From Hypanus sabinus (taxonomy: Eukaryota): a stretch of 64,000 bases of DNA. Under the pieces are notes generated by a model. That model did no database searches and had not been told where the DNA came from. It saw only the letters and a list, made by a program, of their open reading frames with translations. The DNA is taken from assembly GCF_030144855.1 (NCBI RefSeq), contig NC_082717.1:4092001-4156000 (forward strand), given 5' to 3'. The position numbers were made by a program, and so were the translations under genes. Positions 50,376 to 62,689 of the stretch are shown here, one piece after another (position 1 is the first letter of the stretch; the number at the start of each line of letters is the position of its first letter).

Positions 50376-53300
50376 TATGGAGATATCCTACGCCTTGTGA
50401 ACCATTCCCAGAAACTTCAGCCATCCCTGCTCTGCTGTCGTCCTCCTCCAATCCACCTGGGCAAGCTCCTCTCTTGAGCCTCTGTAACTCCCTTTAGTCC
50501 ATTACAATACTGATACATCCGACTAAAGCTACTCCTCCTGAATTTCCTGTATAAATTCAATCAAATTGTAATCACTGTCTCCTCCGAGTTACTTTACTTT
50601 ATGCTCTCTAATAAAATCTGGATTAAATCTGGGTTTTAGATGTTTCAGAAAGGACAGGGAGGGAGGCAAAAGAAGTGGGGGTGTGGCACTGTTGTTTAGA
50701 GACAGTGTCGTGGCTGCAGAAAAGGAGGACGTCATGTTGGGATTGTCTATGGAGTCTCTGTGGGTGAAGGTTAGGAAGAGGAAGGGGTCAATAACTCTAC
50801 TGGGTGTTTTTTACAGGCTGCCCAATAGTAACAGGGATAACAAGGAGCAGATAGGGAAATAGATACTGGATAGGTGTAATAATAAAAGAGTTGTCGTGAT
50901 AGGAGATTTTAATTTCCCAAATATCGATTGGCATTTCCCTAGAGCAAGGGGTTTATAAGAGGTGGAGTTTGTTAGGTGTGTTCAGGAATGTTTCTTGACA
51001 CAGTATGTAGATAAGCCTACAAGAGGAGAGGCTGTACTTGATCTGGTATTGGGAAATGAACCTGGTCAGGTGTCAGATCTCTCAGTGGTAGAGCATTTTG
51101 GAGCTAGTGATCACCTTTACAATAGCATTGGAGAGAGATAGGAACAGACAAGTTAGAAAAGTGTTTAATTGGAGTAAGGGGAATTATGAGGCTATCAGGC
51201 AGGAAATTGGAGGCTTAAACTGGAAACAGATGTCCTCAGGGAAAAGTATGGAAGAAATGTGGCAAATGTTCAGAGGATATTTGTGTGGAGCTCTGCATAG
51301 GTACGTTACACTGTGACAGGGAAGTTATGGTAGGGTACAGGAACGATGGTGTACTAAGGCTGTGATAAATCTAGTCAAGAAGGAAAGCTTACAGAAGGTT
51401 CAGAAAGCTAGGTAATGTTAGAAATCTAGAAGATTATAAGGATAATAGGAAGGAGCTTAAGAAGGAAGTAAGTAGAGCCAGAAGGGGCCATGAGAAAGTC
51501 TTGGCAGGCAGGATTAAAGAAAACCCCAAAGCATTCTACAGGTATGTGAAGATCAAGAGGATATGATGTGAAAGAATCGGACCTATCAAGTGTGACAGTG
51601 GGAAAGTGTGTAAGGAACCAAAGGAAATAGCAGAGGTACTTAATGAATACCTTACCTCAGTATTCACTATGGAAAAGATCTTGGTGATTGTAGTGATGAC
51701 TTGCAGCAGACTGAAAAGCTTGAGTACGTAGATATTAAGAAAGAGGATGTGCTGGAGCTTTTGGAAAGCATCAAGTTGGATTACTCACCGGGACTGGATG
51801 AGATGTACCCCAGGTTACTGTGGGGGGTGAGGGAGGAGATTGCTGAGCGTCTGGCAATGATCTTTGCATCATCAACGGGGACGGGAGAAGTTCCAGAGGA
51901 CTGGAGGGTTGTGGATGTTGTTCCTTTATTCCTTTATTCAAGAAAGGGAGGTGAGATAGCCCAGGAAATTGTAGACCAGTGAGTCTTACTTCAGTGGTTG
52001 GTAAGTTGATGGAGAAGATCCTGAGAGGCAGGATTTATGAACATTTGATGAGGTATAATATGATTAGGAGTAGTCAGCATGGCTTTGTCAACGGAAGGAC
52101 ATCCTTTACGAGCTTGGTTGCATTTTTTGAGGGTATGACAACGCATTTATGAAGGAAGAGCAGTAAATGTAACATATATGGATTTCATCAAGGCATTTGA
52201 TAAGGTACCCCATGCAAGGCTTATTGAGAAAGTAAGGAGGCATGGGACCCAAGGGGACACTGCTTTGTGGATCCAGAACTGGCTTGCCACAGAAGGCAAA
52301 GAGCGGTTGTCGACGAGACATATTCTGCACGAAGGTTGGTCACCAGTGGAATCTGTTGTGGGACCCTTACTCTTCGTGAGTTTTAAAAATGACCTGGATG
52401 AGGAAGTAGAGGGATGGGTTAGTAAGTTTGCTGATGACACAAAGAGATGTTATGGATTAGTGTGGAGGGCTGTCAGAGTTTACAGCAGGACATTGATAGG
52501 ATGCAAGACTGGATTGAGAAGTAGCAGATGGAGTTCACCCCAGATACATGTGAAGTGGTTCATTTTGGTAGGTCAAATATGATGGCAGAATTTCGTATTA
52601 ATGGTAAGACTCCTGGCAGTGTGGAGGATCAGAGGGATCTTGGGGTCTGAGTCCATAGGACGCGCAAAGCAGCTGTGCAGGTTGACTCTGTGGTTAAGAA
52701 GGCGTATGGTGTATTGGCCATCAATTGTGGTATTGAGTTTAGGAGCTGAGAGGTAATGTTGCAGCTATATAGGACCCTGGTCAGACCCCACTTGGATTAC
52801 TGTGCTCAGTTCTGGGCACCTCACTGCAGTAAGGATGTGGAAGTCATAGAAAGGGTGCAGAGGTGATTTACAAGTATGTTGCCTGGATTGGGGTGCATGC
52901 CTTATGAGAATAGGTTGAGTGAACTTGGCCTTTTCTTCTTAGAGTGACGGAGGATGAGAAGTGACTTGATAGAGGTGTATTAGATGATGAGAGGCATTGA
53001 TTGTGTGGATAGTCAGAGGCTTTTCCCCAGGGCTGAAATGGTTGCCATAGAGGACACAGGTTTAAGGTGCTGGGGAGTAGGTAAAGAGGAGATATCAGAG
53101 GTAGGTTTTTAATGTAGAGAATGGTGAGTGCGTGGAATGGGCTGCCAGCAACGGTGGTGGAGGTGGACACAATAGGATCTTTTAAAAGGCTTTTAGATAG
53201 GGTTCATGGAGCATAGTAAAATAGAGAGCTATAGGTGTAACGAATCCCGTAACTGGAGAACTTACCAGCAAAGATAGAGAGGTCCGTTGAAGTCTGATGT

Positions 53301-54066
53301 CACTATTTTCAAACATTTTTATTTATAGAGGGACACAAAAGTAAGGTTAATACATACATTCAGATAGTGCACATCATCAACACTCAATCTAAAGCGCGGC
53401 TATAGTAATAATCATCATTAAGAAGTGAGCTCTGCTGTTGTCTAGGGGTTAATAGATTGTCCGTTGGAAATATAAAAGTCACTCAGAAAGTCTGCAGGCC
53501 TCAGCCCTTTGAAAATCGCTGGGTTTCACGTGGGGCGACCGAGAGAGAGAGAGATTGGGGAAAAGAGAAAGAACTTGCCGAGTCTTGATGAGGCTTCCGT
53601 GAAATCAGGGGGGGGGAGAGCGTTGGTTTCCTCTCCCCGATGTTAGTTAAAAGCGGTTTTCTGTGATTCCAGCCACAAATTCCAATCCCGGAATCCAATG
53701 CACGAATCTAATTCCTTCAGAATGGCTTCCCGCTGCTGCGGGATCACTCTCTCGTGTCTTCTTGGTGCGTCTGAGGGGCTGTCCCCCTGAGACTCTCCTT
53801 TATACTTCCTCACGGGGTCGCAGGTGTCAATCAGGTTGGGATGATGCAATCTCTCTCTCAACCAGCCCACCTTGCCCGAGGGCTTTTCACGTGGTCTCCA
53901 TGAGACAATAGCCGCTGTCGTCTTATTCTGCATCCCGGGTGGGACGTGCAATTTGGCATGTTTCTCTCTCTCTCTCTCACTTCCTGGGTCTACTGACCCC
54001 CCCCCCCCCCCACCCTCAACGGGTGCTCTTGCGATTCTCGCAAAGGAGGGGGCTGGGATCATAACA

Positions 54067-54078
54067 CCTCCCCTCTTA
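54067..54078 (-). promoter_or_regulatory. Polypurine tract
   Basis: Minus-strand AAGAGGGGAGG immediately before the 3' LTR. Confidence 0.8.
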
Positions 54079-54373
54079 AAACGTTTTTACCAGCGGTTAA
54101 AACGGAGTGGTACACAGTCTTACAGGAGTTTTGAATCTAACACAATACGCAAGTTTTTCTTTTCACAGAGTACTACCATTCAAGTCAGTATCTAAATAGT
54201 TAACGATTACAGTGTCCCTTTCTTTAATATCTTAACATTGCGAACCGTACATCAGACTTCAATTCAATAACCACCTATTTATTTTTTCCTCTAAAGCAAC
54301 AAAACTAAGGAGGTGTGACCTTAGCTTAGGTGCATTTACAAAAGTTTACGCGAATACTAATAGTTTCAGTTGT

Positions 54374-55663
54374 TTAACTTATCCGGCAGGTCTCCAAAGG
54401 GCTGTCTTTATTATTCACAGGCTTTGGCGCAAACCCGTTCAACCTGCTTGGCTGTCTAACAATGGCATCCCCATTAACCGTCGCCTCTTTTTCAGCGAGC
54501 CCCCCGTGAGGAACTTGAGTAGTTTTGCGTGGTGAACTCCCGCACGCCCCGTTCATCGGGGTTATTTTAGCAACACCATGCCCCAGACCATCTCCACCCA
54601 ATTCTTTGATTTTACCCAGGTGGCTGGCCCTTTTATCAGTCCCCTTCAGGCTATTGGTGTTTGATTCTAACTCTTCGCTCAAGCAGCATGTCGAAGGCGG
54701 CCTCTTCACACCCCATCCTGGCATAACAACAGAGTGGGGAGCCCCGCTATCCCCCGGCTCACTCTGTGAGCGATCTGCCAGGTTCAAGATTTCTTCCTTC
54801 GATTTGGAAACTACAGACTTTCCGTTTCCTTCAACAACAATCCTCATCCCCCCATTCTTAAATTCTGCGTTAACTTTGAACCCACCTTCGAGTACAAACA
54901 CTGGGGAACTCACACTTCCCCTGGTTACCAAGGTTAACCCTTTTTCCACTGAACCAAGTCTATCTGACCCACAAGGACGGCTGCCCCGTTCCCCTGAATC
55001 AGATACCTCAGACTTCTTCTGAGCTCCGTTACCAGGTGCATCCCCATCTCGGACACACTCAAACGGGACATTTGCCTCTTCCAGGCTTTCAACACCCGTA
55101 CCTTTTTCAAATTCTAACTTCCCCCGATCCTCCCAGTTACTCTCTGGGCAGCTCCCACCCGGGGAAGGCGCAACCCTGCGAGCTGAAACAACCTCCTCGG
55201 CCTTTTCAGCAGACTCCTTCGAGGCAAGGGCACCCTTTCCATCTAGGACTGCCCTCACCTCATTATCGGGAACACCTTTAGAACTCTCAAGTTCTTCAAA
55301 CAATTCTGCCAAACCAGACAGATCATCCATGTCCAACTCGGGACCTTTTAACAGCTTTATCTGTTTCTCATCTGTATTTCCTACCTTTAGGACCTTTCTC
55401 TTCGCTAAAGGCAGATCTATCTCCTTTCCCTTACGCCCTTTCACTTTACTACCCTTCGTCTTACCACCCTCTAAACCGTCATGGCACAGGGTCGGCAAAG
55501 ACGTCTCGGCCAAATCAAAACTGGCCAGATTTAAACTGCTCGCGTTCACAGTTCTCTCTCTCTCGACATGCTGCGAGTGACCGCGCCGGCGAGATGGTCC
55601 TTGGGCGCTAGGGACGGGGCCACCATACTCGCCTGTTGCTAGGTTGGCAGCATGGCTGACCAA
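54374..55663 (-). CDS. 429-aa charged, low-complexity ORF in place of pol; only the start (DLAETSLPTL) resembles the Gmr1 post-protease linker
   Basis: Open for 1290 nt; no RT or integrase motifs recognised. Confidence 0.45.
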   Translation of the reverse strand: MVSHAANLATGEYGGPVPSAQGPSRRRGHSQHVERERTVNASSLNLASFDLAETSLPTLCHDGLEGGKTKGSKVKGRKGKEIDLPLAKRKVLKVGNTDEKQIKLLKGPELDMDDLSGLAELFEELESSKGVPDNEVRAVLDGKGALASKESAEKAEEVVSARRVAPSPGGSCPESNWEDRGKLEFEKGTGVESLEEANVPFECVRDGDAPGNGAQKKSEVSDSGERGSRPCGSDRLGSVEKGLTLVTRGSVSSPVFVLEGGFKVNAEFKNGGMRIVVEGNGKSVVSKSKEEILNLADRSQSEPGDSGAPHSVVMPGWGVKRPPSTCCLSEELESNTNSLKGTDKRASHLGKIKELGGDGLGHGVAKITPMNGACGSSPRKTTQVPHGGLAEKEATVNGDAIVRQPSRLNGFAPKPVNNKDSPLETCRIS

Positions 55664-56966
55664 ACCTTACCCCCTGCTAAGTCGTTCCCCAGCAGGATGT
55701 CCACGTCAGCTCTCGGGAATTCTGAGGGCACCCCTATTTCAACTGATCCATACACCAGCTCACAATCCAGAATGACCTTATATAAGGGCATCATTTCTAT
55801 CTGTTTATTTATTCCTTCCACCTTTACCATGCCCGTTTCCCGACCAAATTCTAGTACCTTACGGCTAACCAGGGATAGTTCAGCGCCCGTATCCCTCCAG
55901 ATTCGTACGGGAACTGGTGTGTCTCCCTCCGTCACAGACACGGTTCCGTGTGACAGACAACTCCCAGAGCCTTCTCGTACTCTGTCTACCCTCGGCTCTC
56001 TGGTCGATTTGCTGATTACCACGGCACACCTGATAGGGACTGCGGCTTTCCCTCTTCCTATCTCCTTTCTCGGAGCAAAGCATCGAGATGCAATGTGCCC
56101 CTCCTTTCCACAATTAAAACAGGTCAAACCCGGAACCCTCTGGCTGTCTTGCCTTTCCCCCTCAACCTTACTGCTAGCTCCCGGTGGAACCTCTGCCTCA
56201 CTCGTCGGACTTTCTCCATCGTTCCCACGGTCTCTCTGGGGACCTTTATTCGAGGAAGTCTTTGTCTTGTGGGTTAGGACATATTCCTCCACAAACCTAG
56301 CAAATTCTGACATGGACTTATCCGGCTTCTCATTCAAATACATCCGGATCTCCTCCGGAACACAACTTTTAAATTCCTCGATCAAAATTAACTCCCTGAG
56401 ACGCCCATAATACTCATCCACCCTTTCCGCAGTGCACCAACGGTCCAAGAGCAGCCCCTTCTCATGGGCTAGCTCGGTATACGTTTGATTCCACCCTTTC
56501 CTTAAATTTCTAAACTTTTGTCTATAGGTACCAATTCGTAAGTCCGGAGAATGGCCTCCTTTACCTCATCATAATTCTCCGCTCCTCCATCCTCCAGGGA
56601 CAACGCCGCATATGCTCGTTGGGCCTTCCCCTTTAACACACTTTGTAACAACGCCACCCACTGCTCTTTTGGCCACTTCTGATTTACTGCCACCTTTTCA
56701 AAAAGCAAGAAATAACTATCGACATCTGTCTCCTCGAATGGGGGCACCAATCTCAACTCCCTAATAACATTAAACTGCTCCGCTTGGTCTAACCCTTGAT
56801 CTCTTCGCTCGTTTCTCATCTTCTCAATTTCCCGGTCATGTTGCCTCTGTTTCTCTTTCTCGGCCCGTTCCTTCTCTTTGTCTTCTGCTTCTAGCTGCTT
56901 TAGGTGAATTTCATGCTGTCTTTGCCTTTCCCTCTCTCTCTCTTGCCTTTCCCTCTCTCTCTCAAC

Positions 56967-57016
<50 letters not shown>

Positions 57017-57304
57017 CGCTTCCAGCTCTTTTAACTTAATTTCACATTCCAACTTTAATTTCTCCACCTCTAACTGAACTGTCCCACTTGATGGTACTTT
57101 GTCAGGGATATCTTCCAATACCTCATCTTCAAACACATTCTTCTCAACGTAATACTGAGTTATGGCCCTTCGTACCTCCCGCTTTTTCATGGACGACCTC
57201 ACTTCTGTGAGGTTCAATCCCTTCGCTAAATTTAACAAGTCTGATTTTGTGGCCACCTCTAGCGCCCCCACTGTCGGGTTTTCCATAAATTCACCCACGT
57301 CCAT
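55639..57304 (-). pseudogene. gag: Frameshifted gag-protease (SCAN-like domain, CCHC knuckle, aspartic protease)
   Basis: LVPPFEETDVDSYFLLFEKVA...KWP..QW..LLQS.L.GKAQ.AY; LRELILIEEFK; CFNCGKEGHIASRC; RDTGAELSL; DILLGNDLAG. Breaks at an (AG)n tract (about 56930-57012) and near 56530. Confidence 0.9.
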
Positions 57305-57395
57305 CTTTGCTGGTTTCCTGTCTGGCTACCCGTGTAACCAGATTCAAGTTTTGGACTTACAAGCTCGATTCACTGGCCTCCCAATTTGGTGTCAA

Positions 57396-57413
57396 ATCCC
57401 GGATGAGCCCCCA
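57396..57413 (-). promoter_or_regulatory. Primer binding site, tRNA-Pro type
   Basis: Minus-strand TGGGGGCTCATCCGGGAT, 17/18 to the tRNA-Pro PBS TGGGGGCTCGTCCGGGAT. Confidence 0.85.
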
Positions 57414-60213
57414 ACTGTTATGAATCCCATAACTGGAGAACTTACCAGCAAAGATAGAGAGGTCCGTTGAAGTCTGATGTCACTATTTTCAAACGTTTTT
57501 ATTTGTAAAGGGACACAAAAGTAAGGTTAATACATACATTCAGATAGTGCACATTGTCAACACTCAATCTAAAGCACGGGTATAGTAATAATCATCATTA
57601 AGAAGTGAGCTCTGCTGTTGTCTAGGGGTTAATAGATTGTCCGTTGGAAATATAAAAGTCACTCAGAAAGTCTGCCGGCCTCAGCCCTTTGAAAATCGCT
57701 GGGTTTCACGTGGGGCGACTGAGAGAGAGAGAGATTGGGGAAAAGAGAAAGAACTTGCCGAGTCTTGATGAGGCTTCCGTGAAATCGGGGGGGGGGGGAG
57801 CGTTGGTTTCCTCTCCCCGATGTTAGTTAAAAGCGGTTTTCTGTGATTCCAGCCACAAATTCCAATCCCGGAATCCAATGCACGAATCTAATTCCTTCAG
57901 AATGGCTTCCCGCTGCTGCGGGATCACTCTCTCGTGTCTTCTTGGTGCGTCTGAGGGGCTGTCCCCCTGAGACTCTCCTTTATACTTCCTCATGGGGTCG
58001 CAGGTGTCAATCAGGTTGGGATGATGCAATCTCTCTCTCAACCAGCCCACCTTGCCCGAGGGCTTTTCACATGGTCTCCATGAGACAATAGCCACTGTCG
58101 TCTTATTCTGCATCCCGGGTGGGACGTGCAATTTGGCATGTTTCTCTCTCTCTCTCTCTCACTTCCTGGGTCTACCTACCCCCCCTCAACAGGTGCTCTT
58201 GCGATTCTCACAAAGGAGGGGACTGGGATCATAACATAGGTAAGCCCAGCAATTTCTAAGGAAGGGACATGTTTGGCACAGCATTGTGGGCCGAATTGCC
58301 TGTATTATGCTGTAGGTATACTATTTTTCTATGTTTCTAAAACATAATGTACATCCTATGGTAGACGTTCCCTGACCATGCTCAAGCACGTGCTGCTCTA
58401 GAAGTCTATCTCGTAGGCATTTAACAAATGCCCTATTTTGTGATCTATATGCGATCCCCATAATGTTTTATTTACCCTTGCCGTTTCTTAACTCCACCCA
58501 CAAAGATTCAAAATTCTGTGACCCTTTGTCACTCATTTCTAAAGATGTAATTCCTCTTACCAGCAGATCCACAACACTGCCTATGACTTCCTGCCTGTCT
58601 GTTCAATACAATATTAAGCTCCCAACTATTACGTTCTTTCAGGCATGACTCATTATACCCATATATCTCCAATTGTGCCACGTTTATCCATTTTATTCAG
58701 AATACTATGCACTTTTAAAAGCAGCACCTTCAGTCCTACATTCTTCACCCTTTTGAGTTTTGCATCTCGGTACAATTTAACTATTTGCACTATTTACATT
58801 TATGCCCAGTCATTTATACCTGCTGCAAAGTTCATGGTTGTGATATTTCAAGGATGGCTGCTTACCAAAATGCTCTACTCTCTCATGATTTTGTGGCCCA
58901 GCACAGTGAAACGCCATCTTTATGTATTGGCCTGGTTCAGATTTTTACTGCTGTGCTGTGAGGTATTCCATATTAATAGTTTTCTGTAAAAGTAGAGTCT
59001 CCAACTGGTACAATGCTCTGGTTTTGACTAAAAGTAAGGAGCAATGCTGTTCAACTTAGGATTGTTGTGTCAGCCAATCAGGATGGTGAGATTGGGAGAG
59101 CTGGGCAGAGAGAGATCTGTGACGGATGCTGGTGGGGTTCTTGGTCTTTTGGAGGGGGCTGTGGTAGAGCGAAGGTCGGGAGAGATGCCCGGGACATTTG
59201 ATCTAAAGGGAAAATGCCATTGAAGAAGTACTTTGCAGAATGAAGGAGGCCAATATGGGAAGCTCTAACTGTGACTGGTGATGAGAATTCAGTGCCGTGG
59301 GTAATGGTGATACCCGTTTTTTTGACAATATGAGTTCTGATGGTCATGTACACATTTAGACTGTTGCAATTGTAATGAGCCCTTTTATTTTTATATTTTC
59401 TTTACTTCCTTTAATAACTGCATTTTAAGGCTGAAATAGTTAAATATACTTCCTTTATAATTTCATGCTGGTGTATGATTTGCAATTTGTGGCAACCAAC
59501 ATTGCAACTTTCTTGTTTGGTTGAACCCCAAATCACATGGACCCTCAGCAAAAATTGCTTATGAAAGGAATCCTCTGACAGTGGAGTCACTTGGTTGTGA
59601 GCAGAGATGGCTGTTGAGCCAGGTTTGCATGTGAGTCCAGTGAGAGGGGTACACTTGTGGGGACTTCTGCCGGGTATCTCTTAATGCAATGTGAATGCCT
59701 TTTAAGAAGTCAGAGGTATCATAGGTCTCAAACGTTTCAAAGGTACATTTAATGTTGGAGAAATGTGTACACGGGCTGTACAATATACATCCTGAAATGC
59801 TTTTTCTTCACAACCATCACAAGAATGAGCAACAGTTAACTGTTAGAACCCCAACGTCACCCTCAGCTCCCCTCCCTCCCTCACGTAAGTGGCAGCAAGC
59901 AACAATCCCCCTCCCCCCACTGGCAAATAAAGCATCGGCACATGCCACCGCGCACTCAAATGTGAGCAAAGCAACGGTAAAGACACAGACTTGCAGTTAC
60001 CCCAAAGACTTTATTTTTCACCTGATTTGACATACCGCAGGCTCTCTCTCTCCCTAATAAGGGAGAGAGAGTTGTCTTTGTTTCACAGCAAGAGGTGAGA
60101 CAGAACAAACAACTCACTGGTTTCCAATGTTAAAAGTCCATTGCGTTGCTTTTTTCGAGCTCTATACCCATAGATCTCAGATCTCGGATCTTGTGAACTA
60201 AATGTTCTGCCAC

Positions 60214-60527
60214 ATGTGCCACGTGTCCCTGGTGTTACAGAAATGGTTGTAGATATTCAGTGTTCAACTGCCGTGTATACCTATTCTTACACTCAATGGC
60301 CCACCGACAGCAACTCACACAATAAACTGGAATGGTATTTACTCTTTTCACTAACAGCCAAGTTTACAGGTCACGGGGCTTCTCCGATCGATTTCAGCTT
60401 TCCAGGAATGTCACCACTAACAGCTACTCACTGACCATCAGGAACGTGAGGATCACCGACTCTAAACTTTATATCTGTGGCATTTGGAGCTCGGTCTTTG
60501 GAAATAGAACCCAGTTGAATGTGACCA
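60214..60527 (+). pseudogene. Ig-superfamily V domain exon with germline-joined J-like segment (VJ type), frameshifted
   Basis: Frame from 60216: DIQC (Cys 60261), W (60297), HNKLEW (60333). Frame from 60332: VFTLFTNSQVYRSRGFSDRFQLSRNVTTNSYSLTIRNVRITDSKLYIC (Cys 60476) GIWSSVFGNRTQLNVT, then a phase-1 donor A|GTGAGT at 60528. TAA at 60323 in the second frame; no RSS heptamer. Confidence 0.8.
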
Positions 60528-61024
60528 GTGAGTACTTCATGTTGGTTCTGTCTTCCAGTCATGCCCCTGTATCAATGGGTAACAATGATACTGTATGTTC
60601 AGTTTCACAGAAACAGCTGTTATTACAAGTTTATAAAGAGTGGAACAAACTTAATGTGGATAAAGATCCACTGCCTGCCAGGCTGAGGGGTACGTAGGGA
60701 CGGAGAATAAATGTCAGCATGGACAGTGACATCAACGTCCCATGAATGGAGAAAAGTTTTTCAGCTTCCTTCCGAACTCCCGATATCGGCTGCTCAGTTC
60801 AAGTTCAAGTTTAATTGTTATTCAGCCACACACATGAAAACAGCCAAATGAAACCGTGTTCCTCTGGGGCCAAGGTGCAGAACACAGTACCGACAGCACA
60901 CAGCACGTATAGTCATGACAGCAGAACTGGAGTGGTACTAACATCCTTGCAGGGAAGTTTGCTAGTGCTTCTTGGGGGGGGGGGTTTAAACTAAATTTGC
61001 AGGGGGTGGGGATCCAGAATGTGA

Positions 61025-61970
61025 GAATAACATCAGCAAATTTGCTGATGATACTAAGCTGGGTGGCAGTGTGACATGTGCTGAGGATGTTAGGAGAATT
61101 CAGGGTGACTTGGATAGGCTGGGTGAGTGGGCAGATACTTGGCAGATGATGTTTAATGGGAATAACTGTGAGGTTATCCACTTTGGGAGTAAGAACAGGA
61201 AGGCAGATTATTATCTGAACGGTGTAGAGTTAGGTAAGGGAGAAATACAAAGAGATCTAGGAGTCCTTGTTCATCAGTCACTGAAGGTGAATGAGCAAGT
61301 GCAGCAGGCAGTGAAGAAGGCTAATAGGATGCTGGCCTTTATTACAAAGGGAATTGCGTACAAGAACAAGTAAATCCTCTTGCATTTGTACAGAGCCCTG
61401 GTGAGACCACACCTGGAGTATTGTGTACAGTTTTGGTCTCCAGGGTTAAGGAAGGACATCCTGGCTGTAGAGGAAGTGCAGCGTAGATTCACGAGGTTAA
61501 TTCCTGGGATGTCTGGACTGCCTTACGCAGAGAGGTTAGAGAGACTGGGCTTGTACATGCTGTAATTAAGGAGATTGAGAGGGGATCTGATTGAAACATA
61601 TAAGATTATTAAGGGATTGGACAAGTTAGAGGCAGGAAATATGTTCCAGATGCTGGGAGAGTCCAGTACCAGAGGGCATGGTTTGAGAATAAGGGGTAGG
61701 TCATTTAGGACAGAGTTAAGGAAAAACTTCTTCTCCCAGAGAGTTGTGGGGGTCTGGAATGCACTGCCTCGGAAGGCAGTGGAGGCCAATTCTCTGGATG
61801 CTTTCAAGAAGGAGATAGATAGGTACGTTATGGATAGGGGAATCAAGGGATATGGGGACAAGGCAGGAACCGGGTATTGACAGTAGTTGATCAGCCATGA
61901 TCTCAAAATGGTGGTGCAGGCTCGAAGGGCCGAATGGTCTATTTCTGCACCTATTGTCTATTGTCTATTA
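61025..61970 (+). mobile_element. CR1 LINE 3' portion, relatively young
   Basis: SKFADDTKLGG, LYRALVRPHLEYCVQFWSP, FFSQRVVGVWNALP; TATTGTC tail. Confidence 0.93.
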
Positions 61971-62689
61971 ACAAACAGTCCAATATAGCCCAGGTGTCCG
62001 AGTGGCATAGCCTGTAGATTGATGGTCCTGGTCCAGCTTGTCTTCCACTGGACCGATCCTTTTTCACAACCATGTTGGTATCAGTATATAGCACAATTTG
62101 TCTCTGTTCACACTCCCACTTCAGAATGCAGAGGACCTGATCCGAGACATCCCTAATGCTGGCATCTGGAACGCAACGTTCCATCTGAGAGTTGTTGATG
62201 AGTTTGCTTTTAAGTGAAGGTGGAATTATGTCTGAACAGAATTTGGAACAATGGGCTAGTTTGTGTGTGTGTGAAAGGAGGTGAGGGAAAGTGGGATGAG
62301 TAGTGTAGACGTGTAGCATTTAGGCAGGGCATGTTCACACGTTCCTGTAGGAAGCAGGTGTTGAACAAAGAGGCTGGGAGATCTGTCCCCACCTGGTGTG
62401 AAAGGTTAAACCCTGAGACAGCAATGTCCAACCACAGAGGAGAGCCAAACCTCTCACTGCACCGTGTGTCCTGTACACGGCCTCCTGTGAACTGCTTTTC
62501 TGCCCAGGTCCCTCTCTGTGCTACAGATACAGGGGAGCATGAGAAAAGAAGCAGCAGGAGGCCATTCAGCCCCTCAGGCGGAATCTGCTGTTCAGCAACG
62601 TCAAGGCTGATATTTGAATGTGTTGGATTTTACTCATCTCTCTAATTCAACTTCATACATGAAGCTATTTACATATCTGTGTTGAATCT

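Larger units (their letters stand above)
53236..58236 (-). mobile_element. Non-autonomous Gmr1-type Gypsy LTR retrotransposon (5001 bp) lacking integrase, RT and RNase H
   Basis: LTRs 53236-54066 and 57416-58236 with TG...CA ends, 4-bp TSD TAGG, PBS and PPT present. Confidence 0.93.
50620..58330 (+). mobile_element. CR1 LINE (endonuclease to 3' end), 3' UTR split by the Gypsy at 53236-58236
   Basis: GDFNFPNIDW, DSPGLDEMYPRLL and [12 protein letters not shown]; 3' UTR resumes at 58237 as TAAGCCCAGCAATTTC...GGCACAGCATTGTGGGCC. Confidence 0.9.

Noticed and set aside
58906-58957. Alternative leader for the V-J exon: GTG-KRHLYVLAWFRFLLLC with phase-1 donor T|GTGAGG
   Set aside because: No ATG, weaker donor and no shared promoter motif; 48100-48151 is better supported. 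Not fully excluded.
60609-60690. Possible exon after the V-J donor (TTTCACAG ... GG|GTACGT)
   Set aside because: In-phase translation stops after a few codons, with no C1 or transmembrane motif.
62283-62296. Exact 14-mer GAGGGAAAGTGGGA shared with 874-887
   Set aside because: Purine-rich 14-mer matches are expected by chance in a window of this size, and flanks do not align.
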